Assembly: GCA_937976325.1 (NCBI GenBank)
Contig: CALJSD010000223.1
Location: forward strand, 1-41,022
From: an uncultured Carnobacterium sp.
GTDB lineage: Bacteria; Bacillota; Bacilli; Lactobacillales; Aerococcaceae
Direction of reading: 5' to 3'
Length of the DNA: 41,022 nt
Positions 16,449-25,971 of the stretch are shown piece by piece (position 1 is the stretch's first letter; each line of letters opens with the position of its first letter). The notes under the pieces were generated by a model, which saw only the letters and a list, made by a program, of their open reading frames with translations, did no database searches and was not told the DNA's origin. Position numbers and translations under genes: made by a program.

Positions 16449-17252
16449 ATGGAATATAACATGGACTCAGGATGGGATCTCCATCCAATTGGTGGGGACA
16501 CCGGTCAAGCGTACATGGGTGTAAAAGACCATGAACGTGTATTTCTAAAGAGAAATGCTTCACCGTTTTTAGCGGTGCTATCGGGTGAAGGTATCACTCC
16601 TAAGTTAATATGGACCAAACGTGCGGGTAATGGTGATGTCATTACAGCTCAAGAATGGTTGTCTGGAAGATCCCTCACTAAGGAAGAAATGGGGTCCGTC
16701 GAAGTCATTGAGCTGTTAAAACAAATTCATCAATCCCCAAATCTTTTACAAATGTTGCAACAAATTCAAGGTGAAGAGTATAGCACTCAAAAATTCATCG
16801 ATGAATATTTAAATAATTTACAGTCAGGATTACAAACCCACCGTTTCTTAAATGAAGTATTGAATTACTTAATTGAAACAATTCCGCTTGTGAGTGAAGT
16901 TGGGAAAACGGTATGTCACGGAGACTTAGACCGTCGTAACTTTATGTTATCAGAAGACGAGAAGCTCTACCTTGTCGACTGGGAAATGGTTCGCCTTGCC
17001 GATCCGGTTTCTGATTTGACAATGATATTGACGCAATACATTCCTGTTCATCAATGGGGTGAATGGCTTGATATGTATGGCTTACAACTGTCTACAAATA
17101 TTTATCAACGAATTGAATGGTATGCTCTCATGAATTGCTTGAATTACATTAAGAAAACGCACTTCGAGGGACGTTACCTTGAAATGAATGAGAAAATTCT
17201 TTTGGTGAAGTCGATTTATAATAATCGTATTGGAAAGCCAACAGAAGAATAG
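16449..17252 (+). CDS. ccrZ: Choline/aminoglycoside kinase-fold cell cycle regulator CcrZ (YtmP)
   Basis: GGDTGQAYMG, FLKRNASPFL, CHGDL..NF, LVDWE; directly upstream of trmB as in S. pneumoniae and B. subtilis. Confidence 0.85.
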   Translation: MEYNMDSGWDLHPIGGDTGQAYMGVKDHERVFLKRNASPFLAVLSGEGITPKLIWTKRAGNGDVITAQEWLSGRSLTKEEMGSVEVIELLKQIHQSPNLLQMLQQIQGEEYSTQKFIDEYLNNLQSGLQTHRFLNEVLNYLIETIPLVSEVGKTVCHGDLDRRNFMLSEDEKLYLVDWEMVRLADPVSDLTMILTQYIPVHQWGEWLDMYGLQLSTNIYQRIEWYALMNCLNYIKKTHFEGRYLEMNEKILLVKSIYNNRIGKPTEE

Positions 17253-17266
17253 ACAGGAGTTAGACT

Positions 17267-17935
17267 TTGAGATTAAGAAATAAACCTTGGGCAAAAGATG
17301 CACTAGCAGCTCACCCAGAAATGGTCATCCAAGATCCAGCGCAATGGAAAGGAAGATGGCATGAACGTTTTGGCAATAACAATCCAATCCATATCGAGAT
17401 TGGTTCTGGGAAAGGTCAATTCGTGAGCGGCATGGCTCGTCAAAACCCAAACATTAACTATATTGGAATTGAAATTCAAGAAAGCGTCCTTGTAGTCGCG
17501 CTTGAAAAAGCTCTTGCAGCAGATGTTCCAAACTTACAATTATTACATGTGAACGGTGGACAAGTAACAGACTACTTCGAAGATGGTGAAGTAGACCAAA
17601 TTTACTTGAACTTCTCAGATCCATGGCCAAAGAAACGTCATGCGAAACGTCGCTTGACTCATGAAAGTTTCTTAGTCGGATATGAAAAAGTATTACAACC
17701 ATTTGGAGAATTACACTTCAAGACAGATAACCGCGGATTGTTTGAATACAGCCTTGCGTCATTCTCACAATTTGGACTTGTGTTAAAACAAGTTTGGTTA
17801 GATTTACATCAAGTGGAATTTCCAGGAAATGTGATGACAGAATACGAAGAGAAATTCTCAGCAAAAGGTCATCCAATTTATCGTGTGGAAGTGATTTTCC
17901 CACAGGATAGAAAAGCTTTTAAACAACCTGAATAA
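17267..17935 (+). CDS. trmB: tRNA (guanine-N7)-methyltransferase
   Basis: [40 protein letters not shown] start with AGGAG. Confidence 0.95.
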   Translation: MRLRNKPWAKDALAAHPEMVIQDPAQWKGRWHERFGNNNPIHIEIGSGKGQFVSGMARQNPNINYIGIEIQESVLVVALEKALAADVPNLQLLHVNGGQVTDYFEDGEVDQIYLNFSDPWPKKRHAKRRLTHESFLVGYEKVLQPFGELHFKTDNRGLFEYSLASFSQFGLVLKQVWLDLHQVEFPGNVMTEYEEKFSAKGHPIYRVEVIFPQDRKAFKQPE

Positions 17936-17957
17936 CAAATAAAGGAGCCTGATTCAT

Positions 17958-18284
17958 ATGGAATCAAAAAATAGTTTCAAAGGTGCAAGTTTTCTTCTAG
18001 CAGCGGGTGCTGTTATTGGAGCATGGGTCACTTCAAAATGGTTTGAACGCAGAAATGTCAATGGAGATGTTATTGTTCAAAATGTACGTAAATTATTTCA
18101 AGTAGTAGGTACGATCGAAGGCTCTTGGATTGAGATGGAACCTGTATTCGTAGATAGCCCAGAATTTTATGGGGAAGTTTATTATGGCGGAGTTACTCGC
18201 AAAGAAGATGATGAACTTGTACAATACGAATTTTATGCAGATGCAAAAACAGGAGCCGTTATTGATTTATACAAAATTGGATAA
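17958..18284 (+). CDS. PepSY domain membrane protein (YtzB-like)
   Basis: N-terminal TM, IEGSWI, YYGGVT, YEFYADAKTGAVID. Confidence 0.78.
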   Translation: MESKNSFKGASFLLAAGAVIGAWVTSKWFERRNVNGDVIVQNVRKLFQVVGTIEGSWIEMEPVFVDSPEFYGEVYYGGVTRKEDDELVQYEFYADAKTGAVIDLYKIG

Positions 18285-18290
18285 TCAAAG

Positions 18291-18314
18291 AAAGCTGGAG
18301 GACCTCCAGCTTTT
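18291..18314 (+). terminator. Intrinsic terminator
   Basis: AAAGCTGGAG-GAC-CTCCAGCTTTT. Confidence 0.7.
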
Positions 18315-18361
18315 GGCGCGTTTATAAGATGTTTTATAGAAGTAGGAAAGAAGAGGATACA

Positions 18362-19447
18362 ATGGAAGCTCAAACAGAACAATTAATCAAAACGTTAACA
18401 GAAATGAAAGGGACAAGTGGACACGAAGGCCGTATTCGTGAATTTATGAGAAGCGAATTAACACCTTTAGTAGACCGTGTGGAACAAGATGGTCTTGGCG
18501 GTATTTTTGGGGTTCGTGATAGCAAAGAAGAAGATGCACCACGCATTATGATTGCAGCGCACATGGACGAAGTTGGTTTCATGGTAACAAACATCACTCC
18601 AAACGGAATGTTCAAAGTAAGTCCTTTAGGTGGATGGAACCCATATGTGGTTTCAGCACAACGTTTTACTTTATTAACTCGTAATGGAGACTATCCAATT
18701 ATTTCATCTTCAATCCCACCACACTTATTACGTGCAGCTGGTGGTCAACAAGCTGCTGTGAAAGTAACCGACATTTTATTTGATGCTGGGTTTACTTCAC
18801 GTGAAGAAGCGCTTGAATATGGTTGCCGTCCTGGTGATACAATCGTTCCGGATGTAGAAACTATTTGGACGGCCAATAAGAAACGCATGATTTCTAAATG
18901 TTGGGATAACCGTTACGGATGTACAGTCGTTCTTGAAGCGTTAAAAGCTGTTAAAGATGAAACTTTACCAAATACATTAATCGCTGGAGCAAACGTGCAA
19001 GAAGAAGTTGGATTACGTGGTACGGGTCCAAGTGTGACGAAGTTCAATCCTGATTTATTCTTTGCGGTAGACTGCTCAGCAGCAGATGATATTAGTGGTT
19101 CAAAAGAAACATTTGGACACTTAGACCAAGGATTCTTATTACGTATTTTAGACCCAGGTATGGTGACTCTTCCTCGTATGAAAGAATTCCTAGAAGACAC
19201 TGCGTTAACTCATAACATTCCGTTCCAATACTTTGTTTCTCAAGGTGGAACAGATGCTGGTAAAGCACACTTAATGAATCAAGGAGTTCCTAGTGCAGTG
19301 ATTGGGGTATGTGCTCGTTATATTCATACACACCAAACAATGTTCTCTATTAAAGACTACGAAGCAGCACGTGAAATGGTTATCCAAACAATCCGTGCGT
19401 TAGACCGTAGCACAGTGAACACTATTTTAGACGGAAGAACAAATTAA
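18362..19447 (+). CDS. pepA: Glutamyl aminopeptidase (M42 family)
   Basis: AAHMDEVG, WDNRYG, VQEEVGLRG, GGTDAG, RYIH motifs; start at MEAQ after GAGG. Confidence 0.92.
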   Translation: MEAQTEQLIKTLTEMKGTSGHEGRIREFMRSELTPLVDRVEQDGLGGIFGVRDSKEEDAPRIMIAAHMDEVGFMVTNITPNGMFKVSPLGGWNPYVVSAQRFTLLTRNGDYPIISSSIPPHLLRAAGGQQAAVKVTDILFDAGFTSREEALEYGCRPGDTIVPDVETIWTANKKRMISKCWDNRYGCTVVLEALKAVKDETLPNTLIAGANVQEEVGLRGTGPSVTKFNPDLFFAVDCSAADDISGSKETFGHLDQGFLLRILDPGMVTLPRMKEFLEDTALTHNIPFQYFVSQGGTDAGKAHLMNQGVPSAVIGVCARYIHTHQTMFSIKDYEAAREMVIQTIRALDRSTVNTILDGRTN

Positions 19448-19466
19448 GAGTAAAGAGGTACAATTT

Positions 19467-20093
19467 ATGTGGTTAAGTTTTTATAACAAAAAGGGTATCG
19501 GTGATACGTTATTATTAACAAGTGGAACTGCAAACCGCTACGACGTCGACTTTGAGAAAAAAGGAAATGTGACTCAAGTCTTTGTTCGTGAGTCGAAAGA
19601 AGTTCTAGGCTATAATATTGAAAAGATTTCTGAAGTGATTTCATTTGAAGAAGATGGACAACAAGTCTTAACTCCCAAGCAACAAGAAGTTGTCAAAGGA
19701 TTGATTGAAAAAGCTGGATTTGATGTTTCAACTTTAGATTTAACACCGGAAGATGCGCTTGTAGTTGGATACGTTGAAAGTTGCGTAGATCATGAAGATT
19801 CTGACCACTTACATGTGACAATGACACGAGTAAGCGACTCTGAAGTGTTACAAATCGTCTGCGGAGCACCAAACGTGAAAGCAGGACAAAAAGTGGTTGT
19901 TGCTAAACCTGGTACAGTAATGCCAAGTGGCGCTATCATTTGGGCTGGAGAATTACGCGGAGTGGCTAGTCACGGAATGCTTTGTTCAGCACGTGAATTA
20001 GGATTAGAAAACGCACCAGCGAAAAAAGGAATCTTAGTATTAGATGATGCGACTCCTGTTGGAACGCCATTTAAATCATTAAACTTACAATAA
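19467..20093 (+). CDS. ytpR: YtpR family tRNA-binding protein
   Basis: YNKKGIGDTL N-domain; QIVCGAPNV, GELRGVASHGMLCSARELGL OB fold. Confidence 0.88.
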   Translation: MWLSFYNKKGIGDTLLLTSGTANRYDVDFEKKGNVTQVFVRESKEVLGYNIEKISEVISFEEDGQQVLTPKQQEVVKGLIEKAGFDVSTLDLTPEDALVVGYVESCVDHEDSDHLHVTMTRVSDSEVLQIVCGAPNVKAGQKVVVAKPGTVMPSGAIIWAGELRGVASHGMLCSARELGLENAPAKKGILVLDDATPVGTPFKSLNLQ

Positions 20094-20109
20094 AGGAGGA
20101 TACGGAGTC

Positions 20110-20916
20110 ATGAATGAACCATTTAACGAGAAAAACGATTCATTCGCATCGCTTCAAGCGAGACGTGAAAAGTCTACTTTTCCAAATTACTTGAAGCAAG
20201 GTCAAACTTTTGAAGATCAAGTCGTTGAAGAAATGACGCGAGTTGATGTGACAAGAAAAGATGAGACTCCACAAGAATCCTTACCTTTTGATGAGCGACC
20301 TGATGCAGCACTCTTACAACCAATTGAAAAAGAGGAGCATCAATTACCCGCGCAATTCCGTTCATTTAAGGAAAAAGCGACGGAAGGTCATCAAAAATAT
20401 AAACCGCGTGTGGATTGGACTTCTTATTTGAATACGAATCAACGCAAACCTTTTAAACCGAGTACGGTACCTTCAAGTACTAGAGGTTTAGAACAAGAAG
20501 AGACACCAAAAGTTTCTTATCGTGAATTAGAAAATGAGTTATTGCCAAATAGTACGGACTTGATTTTATTCGAAAAAGAAGAAGCTTTATTGGTATCGGT
20601 TGAGGAACAAGAAGATACAATCGAGAAACGCTTGAAGGAGTACAATGGCACCTCTTATGAGAAACCAGTACAAAGCCAAGTTTTCACAACAAAGGGCTAT
20701 GTACCAGCCTTTAAACGCAAACAAGAATCAGATGTTGAAGTCGTGCAAGAGTCCTTGTTAGAAGGGTTGCCGGAGACAAAAGTTGAAAGACGAAAAGCAC
20801 CGGAGAAACCACTAACAGGAAAACAAAGACGCGCAATGAAAAAATCGTTATCGATGATTATGGAACAGGAGCAACATGAACGTCAGTTGCCATATGTTCA
20901 TCCGAAAAAACAGTAG
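20110..20916 (+). CDS. Hypothetical charged, low-complexity protein in the sftA position
   Basis: Strong RBS AAAGGAGG; E/K/Q/P-rich; no Walker A; lies between ytpR and murC. Confidence 0.75.
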   Translation: MNEPFNEKNDSFASLQARREKSTFPNYLKQGQTFEDQVVEEMTRVDVTRKDETPQESLPFDERPDAALLQPIEKEEHQLPAQFRSFKEKATEGHQKYKPRVDWTSYLNTNQRKPFKPSTVPSSTRGLEQEETPKVSYRELENELLPNSTDLILFEKEEALLVSVEEQEDTIEKRLKEYNGTSYEKPVQSQVFTTKGYVPAFKRKQESDVEVVQESLLEGLPETKVERRKAPEKPLTGKQRRAMKKSLSMIMEQEQHERQLPYVHPKKQ

Positions 20917-20936
20917 TAGAAAAGCGAGGAGAAAAA

Positions 20937-22268
20937 ATGGATAAAAGTAAGATTTATCACTTTACGGGAATAAAAGGATCAGGAATGAGCGCATTAGCCT
21001 TAGTATTACATGGGGAAGGTTATAAAGTGCAAGGGTCAGACTTAGAACAATATTTCTTCACTCAAAAAGGATTGGAAGAAGCTGGAATTACATTGTTACC
21101 ATTCAGCGCTGACAATATTAAAGAAGGACAAATTGTTATTGCAGGGAACGCATTTCCAGATAGCCATGAAGAATTAGTTTCTGCACGTGAAAAAGGTGTA
21201 GAAGTGATTCGTTATCACAAATTCTTAGGTGAATTATTAAAAGGATATAAGAGTGTTGCCATTACTGGTTCGCACGGAAAAACAAGTACAACAGGATTGC
21301 TATCTCACGTATTAAGTGGAATGGAACCAACAAGTTATCTTATCGGTGATGGAACTGGTAAAGGGATTGAAAATTCAGAGTATTTTGTTTTAGAAGCTTG
21401 TGAATATAAACGTCACTTTATGGCATACCGTCCAGACTATGCAATCATGACAAACATCGACTTTGACCATCCAGACTACTATACAGATATCGACGACGTT
21501 CAAAGTGCTTTTGAAGCATTTGGTAAACAAGTGAAAAAAGGAATCATCGCTTGTGGGGATGACGAAAGATTACGTACATTAGATGCCATCGTACCTGTTA
21601 CTTATTATGGTGTCGGTGAACACAATGATGTGATTGCTAAAAACATTCGTAAAGAAAAAGGCGGAAGCTACTTCGATGCGTACATTAAAGGTGAATTATA
21701 TGGTCATTTCTATATTCCAACATATGGAGACCACAACATCCTTAATGCATTAGCGATTATCGCATTCTACTACTTAAACGATTTAGATCGTAATGAATTA
21801 GCTGAGCAATTCAGCACTTTCGGTGGAGTAAAACGTCGCTTCTCTGAAAAAGTGATTAACGGCGTGACAATCATCGATGACTACGCTCACCACCCATCTG
21901 AAATTCGTGCAACATTAGATGCGGCACGTCAAAAATATCCAGAAAAAGAAGTGGTGGCGGTCTTCCAACCACATACATTTACTCGTACAATCGCGCTTTT
22001 AGAAGAGTTTGCGGCAGTGTTATCACTTGCTGACCACGTATACTTATGCGATATCTTTGCATCTGTTCGTGAAGAAGCAGGGGATGTTTCTATCGAAGAC
22101 TTAGCTAAACTGGTTAAAGGTGGCGCGAAAGTATTACCACTTGATAATGTATCTCCATTATTAAACTATAAAGACGCTGTAATCGTGTTTATGGGAGCAG
22201 GGGACGTTCAAAAATATGAGTTTGCTTATGAAAAACTCTTATCAAATACTTCTCCAACACAAAACTAA
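20937..22268 (+). CDS. murC: UDP-N-acetylmuramate--L-alanine ligase
   Basis: [39 protein letters not shown]. Confidence 0.97.
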   Translation: MDKSKIYHFTGIKGSGMSALALVLHGEGYKVQGSDLEQYFFTQKGLEEAGITLLPFSADNIKEGQIVIAGNAFPDSHEELVSAREKGVEVIRYHKFLGELLKGYKSVAITGSHGKTSTTGLLSHVLSGMEPTSYLIGDGTGKGIENSEYFVLEACEYKRHFMAYRPDYAIMTNIDFDHPDYYTDIDDVQSAFEAFGKQVKKGIIACGDDERLRTLDAIVPVTYYGVGEHNDVIAKNIRKEKGGSYFDAYIKGELYGHFYIPTYGDHNILNALAIIAFYYLNDLDRNELAEQFSTFGGVKRRFSEKVINGVTIIDDYAHHPSEIRATLDAARQKYPEKEVVAVFQPHTFTRTIALLEEFAAVLSLADHVYLCDIFASVREEAGDVSIEDLAKLVKGGAKVLPLDNVSPLLNYKDAVIVFMGAGDVQKYEFAYEKLLSNTSPTQN

Positions 22269-22276
22269 ATGAACAT

Positions 22277-22304
22277 AAAAGCTTGGCAGAAAGTCAAGCT
22301 TTTT
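22277..22304 (+). terminator. Intrinsic terminator
   Basis: AAAAGCTTGGC-AGAAA-GTCAAGCTTTTT. Confidence 0.8.
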
Positions 22305-22417
22305 CTGTTTTTATAAACGCTCAGTAGAATAGTACACTTTCTATTTAATTTAATAGATTTGATTTGGAGGAGAAATGATAAAATATAAAATTGAAGCAAA
22401 TTTTTGGAGGGCTTAAG

Positions 22418-22918
22418 ATGAATTTGAGTAAATTATCAACGATATATAATATTAGAAGGATGGGAGAAAATGATGTATCGCTTATTTTGGATTTAGAAAA
22501 TGGCAATCCATTGTATTTTAACTATTGTCCACCAAAGCCTAGTAAACAATCTGTATTAAATGATTTAAAAGCTCTTCCAGAAGGTAAAAACATGGATGAT
22601 AAATTTTACATAGGCTTTTTTAAGGAAAATAGATTAGTTGCTATTATGGATTTCATTGTATCTTTTCCGATAAAAGAAACTATCTATATCGGCCTTTTTA
22701 TGATGGATTGTAAAGAGTCTGGACAAGGAAAGGGAAGCCTTATTATTAATGAGGTTTTAACAGCCTTTAGAGAAGAAGGATTTAATAAAGTAAGGCTTGC
22801 TTATATGAAAGGAAATCCTCAAAGTAAAAGATTTTGGGAAAAATGCGGTTTTATGGAAACTGGAATTGAAAGAAAGAACGAACATGGAAAAGCTGTCGTT
22901 TTAGAAAAATCATTATAA
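22418..22918 (+). CDS. GNAT family N-acetyltransferase (AT-rich, probably acquired)
   Basis: YIGLFM...GQGKGS and NPQSKRFWEKCGF motifs; GGAGG RBS supports ATG 22418. Confidence 0.85.
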   Translation: MNLSKLSTIYNIRRMGENDVSLILDLENGNPLYFNYCPPKPSKQSVLNDLKALPEGKNMDDKFYIGFFKENRLVAIMDFIVSFPIKETIYIGLFMMDCKESGQGKGSLIINEVLTAFREEGFNKVRLAYMKGNPQSKRFWEKCGFMETGIERKNEHGKAVVLEKSL

Positions 22919-22945
22919 ACAGTTTGAGATGAAATATATTCTTAC

Positions 22946-22981
22946 AAAAAAACAGTAGATCATATGATTTACTGTTTTTTG
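22946..22981 (+). terminator. Bidirectional-type terminator
   Basis: AAAAAAACAGTAGATCAT|ATGATTTACTGTTTTTT. Confidence 0.8.
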
Positions 22982-23127
22982 TTTATCACGGTAGATATTT
23001 TAAACTAAAGGGTTCATAACAGGCTTTACCTTTAAACTCTATTTACGGTTATCTTCAAAAAGCTCTTTTTAGTGTTCACAAGTTTGTTTATTTGTTACAC
23101 TGGTAATGACAAATTAGGAGGCATATT

Positions 23128-25782
23128 ATGGCAAAACCAAAATTATTATTAGTAGACGGAAGTAGCTTAGCATTCCGCGCATTTTTCTCAATTTTAGATT
23201 TAAATCGTTTTAAAAATTCCAACGGCTTACATACAAATGCACTCTATTCATTTCACCGTATGTTTAAGTCCATTTTAGATTCTGAAAAACCGACTCATGT
23301 GCTCGTTGCATGGGACGCAGGGAAGACAACTTTCCGTACTGAAATGTATGCAGATTATAAAGGAGGTCGTTCGAAAACTCCTGGTGAATTTATCGAACAG
23401 ATGCCTTATTTTAATGTGCTTTTAGATGCATGGGGAATTCCTCATTACCGTCTGAACCAATACGAAGCCGATGATATTATCGGTACTCTTGCCAAACAAG
23501 GGGAAGCAGCAGGATATGAAGTCGTAGTTCTTTCAGGAGATAAAGACTTAATTCAGCTTGCGGATAATAATATCACAGTCAAAATTACGACAAAAGGTGT
23601 GACAGAATTAGTTGAGTACACTCCTGAAGTGATTTTTGAAAAATACGGCTTAACGCCTGAGCAAATTATCGACATGAAGGGGTTAATGGGAGATTCTTCC
23701 GATAACTATCCTGGTGTTACAAAAGTCGGTGAAAAAACAGCCGTGAAACTTCTTCAAGAATTTGGTAGCGTCGAAGGAATCTATGAACATGTCGATGAAA
23801 TGAAGAAGAGTAAGTTGAAAGAAAACTTAATTAACGACAAAGAGTTAGCTTTCTTAAGTAAGAAATTAGCGCGCATCAATGTGGAGTCGCCTCTTGAAAT
23901 CACCCTAGACGATACCCTTCGTAAGGAACAAGATGTAGATGCGTTGATGGCATTCTATAAAGAAATGAACTTCAATTCGTTCCAATCTGACTTATTAAAT
24001 TCTGGTGCTGCGACAGTAGAAGAAGCACCAAAAGCTCAGCGCCCAAACGTCAAACGTGTGTCAGAGATTACAGAAGATATTCTAAAAGGGGCAACGAGTG
24101 TTCATTTTGAGACGCTTGAAGCGAATTATCATGTGGCAGATGTGATTGCCGTTGCCTTCGGAAATGAAAAAGAAGTCTTCGTGACCGATTTAAATACGGC
24201 CGTTGCTTCAGAAGCTTTCAAGAAATGGCTGGCGGATGCATCAATCGAAAAACATTTATTTGATACAAAAGCAGCAAAAGTACTCGCACATCGTTTCGGG
24301 TTTGTGTTAGCAGGTGCCAAATATGATGTGTCACTTCTTGCGTATTTAGTGGACACAAATGATATCGTGAAAGAAATTAGTGACGTGGCTCGCCGTGTCG
24401 ATGTGACAATTCTTGCTAGTGACGAAGCCGTTTACGGAAAAGGCGTTAAAATCCAAATTCCTGAAGATGAAGAAGTATGGAATCAGCATTTAGCAGCCAA
24501 AGTATATACGATTGCGGTGGCGCCAGAAAAACTATTGAAACGCCTCGAAGAAAATGAACAAACACATCTTTATTGGGAAATGGAATTGCCAGTGAGCGAC
24601 ATTTTAGCGCGTATGGAAATTCAAGGGATTCGCGTCGATAAAGAACGTTTAGTTGAGATGGGTGTGGAATTCGAAGCACGTCTAAAAGAAATCGAACAAG
24701 AAATTTACGAGCTAGCTGGAGAAGAGTTTAATATTAATTCGACTAAACAACTAGGGGTCATCTTATTCGAAAAGATGGGCTTACCAGTTATCAAGAAGAC
24801 GAAGACTGGTTATTCAACAGCAGTAGATGTTTTGGAGAAATTGGCGCACCAAGCTCCAATCGTAGAATTGATTTTAGAATATCGTCAATTAGCTAAATTA
24901 AATTCAACGTATGTAGAAGGATTGCAAGCGTATATTCAAGCAGACGGGAAGATTCATACGCGTTTTGTCCAAAACTTAACGCAAACAGGTCGTCTAAGCT
25001 CGGTGGATCCAAACTTACAAAATATTCCAATCCGTACAAAAGAGGGACGTCGCATTCGTTACGCGTTCTTACCAGAACATGACGATTGGAAGATTCTCTC
25101 AAGCGACTATTCGCAAATTGAATTGCGTGTATTAGCGCATATTGCCGGCGATAAACATATGATTGAAGCGTTCAAAAATAATGTCGACATTCATACCAAT
25201 ACGGCAATGCGTGTCTTTGGAATTACAAACCCAGACGATGTAACGAGTGAAATGCGTCGCCAAGCTAAAGCTGTAAACTTTGGGATTGTGTATGGCATTA
25301 GTGATTACGGATTATCTCAAAACTTGAATATTTCTCGTAAAAGAGCTAAAGAATTTATCGACCGTTATTTGGAAGAGTTCCAAGGGGTAAAAGACTTTAT
25401 GGAATCTGTGGTAAAAGAAGCGCGTGAGAAAGATTATGTGGAAACTTTATTCCACCGCCGTCGCTACTTGCCGGATATTCATTCAAGTAACTTTAATTTA
25501 CGCTCATTTGCCGAACGTACAGCGATGAACTCACCAATCCAAGGAAGTGCCGCTGATATTTTGAAGATGGCGATGATTGAATTGGACCGTGAAATGAGAG
25601 AACGTAAATTCAAAGCAAACCTATTATTGCAAGTGCACGATGAACTGATTTTCGAAGTGCCACAAGACGAATTAGAAAGCCTTCAAAGCTTAGTAGAAGA
25701 AGTCATGGAAAATGCCGTGAGTCTGAAAGTTCCACTACGCGCAGATAGTAATGTTGGTGACAACTGGTTTGAAGCAAAATAA
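23128..25782 (+). CDS. polA: DNA polymerase I
   Basis: LVDGSSLAFRAF 5'-3' exonuclease; DYSQIELR, AKAVNFGIVYG, QVHDEL polymerase motifs. Confidence 0.98.
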   Translation: MAKPKLLLVDGSSLAFRAFFSILDLNRFKNSNGLHTNALYSFHRMFKSILDSEKPTHVLVAWDAGKTTFRTEMYADYKGGRSKTPGEFIEQMPYFNVLLDAWGIPHYRLNQYEADDIIGTLAKQGEAAGYEVVVLSGDKDLIQLADNNITVKITTKGVTELVEYTPEVIFEKYGLTPEQIIDMKGLMGDSSDNYPGVTKVGEKTAVKLLQEFGSVEGIYEHVDEMKKSKLKENLINDKELAFLSKKLARINVESPLEITLDDTLRKEQDVDALMAFYKEMNFNSFQSDLLNSGAATVEEAPKAQRPNVKRVSEITEDILKGATSVHFETLEANYHVADVIAVAFGNEKEVFVTDLNTAVASEAFKKWLADASIEKHLFDTKAAKVLAHRFGFVLAGAKYDVSLLAYLVDTNDIVKEISDVARRVDVTILASDEAVYGKGVKIQIPEDEEVWNQHLAAKVYTIAVAPEKLLKRLEENEQTHLYWEMELPVSDILARMEIQGIRVDKERLVEMGVEFEARLKEIEQEIYELAGEEFNINSTKQLGVILFEKMGLPVIKKTKTGYSTAVDVLEKLAHQAPIVELILEYRQLAKLNSTYVEGLQAYIQADGKIHTRFVQNLTQTGRLSSVDPNLQNIPIRTKEGRRIRYAFLPEHDDWKILSSDYSQIELRVLAHIAGDKHMIEAFKNNVDIHTNTAMRVFGITNPDDVTSEMRRQAKAVNFGIVYGISDYGLSQNLNISRKRAKEFIDRYLEEFQGVKDFMESVVKEAREKDYVETLFHRRRYLPDIHSSNFNLRSFAERTAMNSPIQGSAADILKMAMIELDREMRERKFKANLLLQVHDELIFEVPQDELESLQSLVEEVMENAVSLKVPLRADSNVGDNWFEAK

Positions 25783-25793
25783 CTAAAAATAAA

Positions 25794-25844
25794 AATGGGC
25801 ATCTCTACTTAACGAATGTAAGTTAGGGATGTCCATTATGTTTT
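25794..25844 (+). terminator. Stem-loop after polA, probable terminator
   Basis: AATGGGCATCTCTACTTA / TAAGTTAGGGATGTCCATT, imperfect U-tract. Confidence 0.6.
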
Positions 25845-25849
25845 ATCTT

Positions 25850-25878
25850 TTGAGTTTATAGCGTTTTTGTAGTATACT
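25850..25878 (+). promoter_or_regulatory. sigmaA promoter of typA
   Basis: TTGAGT, 17 bp, TATACT. Confidence 0.7.
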
Positions 25879-25971
25879 TTTTGAGTTAAGAGAAGAAGTT
25901 TAGGTGATGGAAGGGCTCTTTTAGCGTTCAGATTCCATCACTTTCATTTTGTCAATCAATGGAGGAAATAC

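Noticed and set aside
18291..18314. AGCTGGAG/CTCCAGCT stem shared with the apex of the 9.2-kb element
   Set aside because: Only 8-10 bp in common and fully explained as an ordinary terminator.
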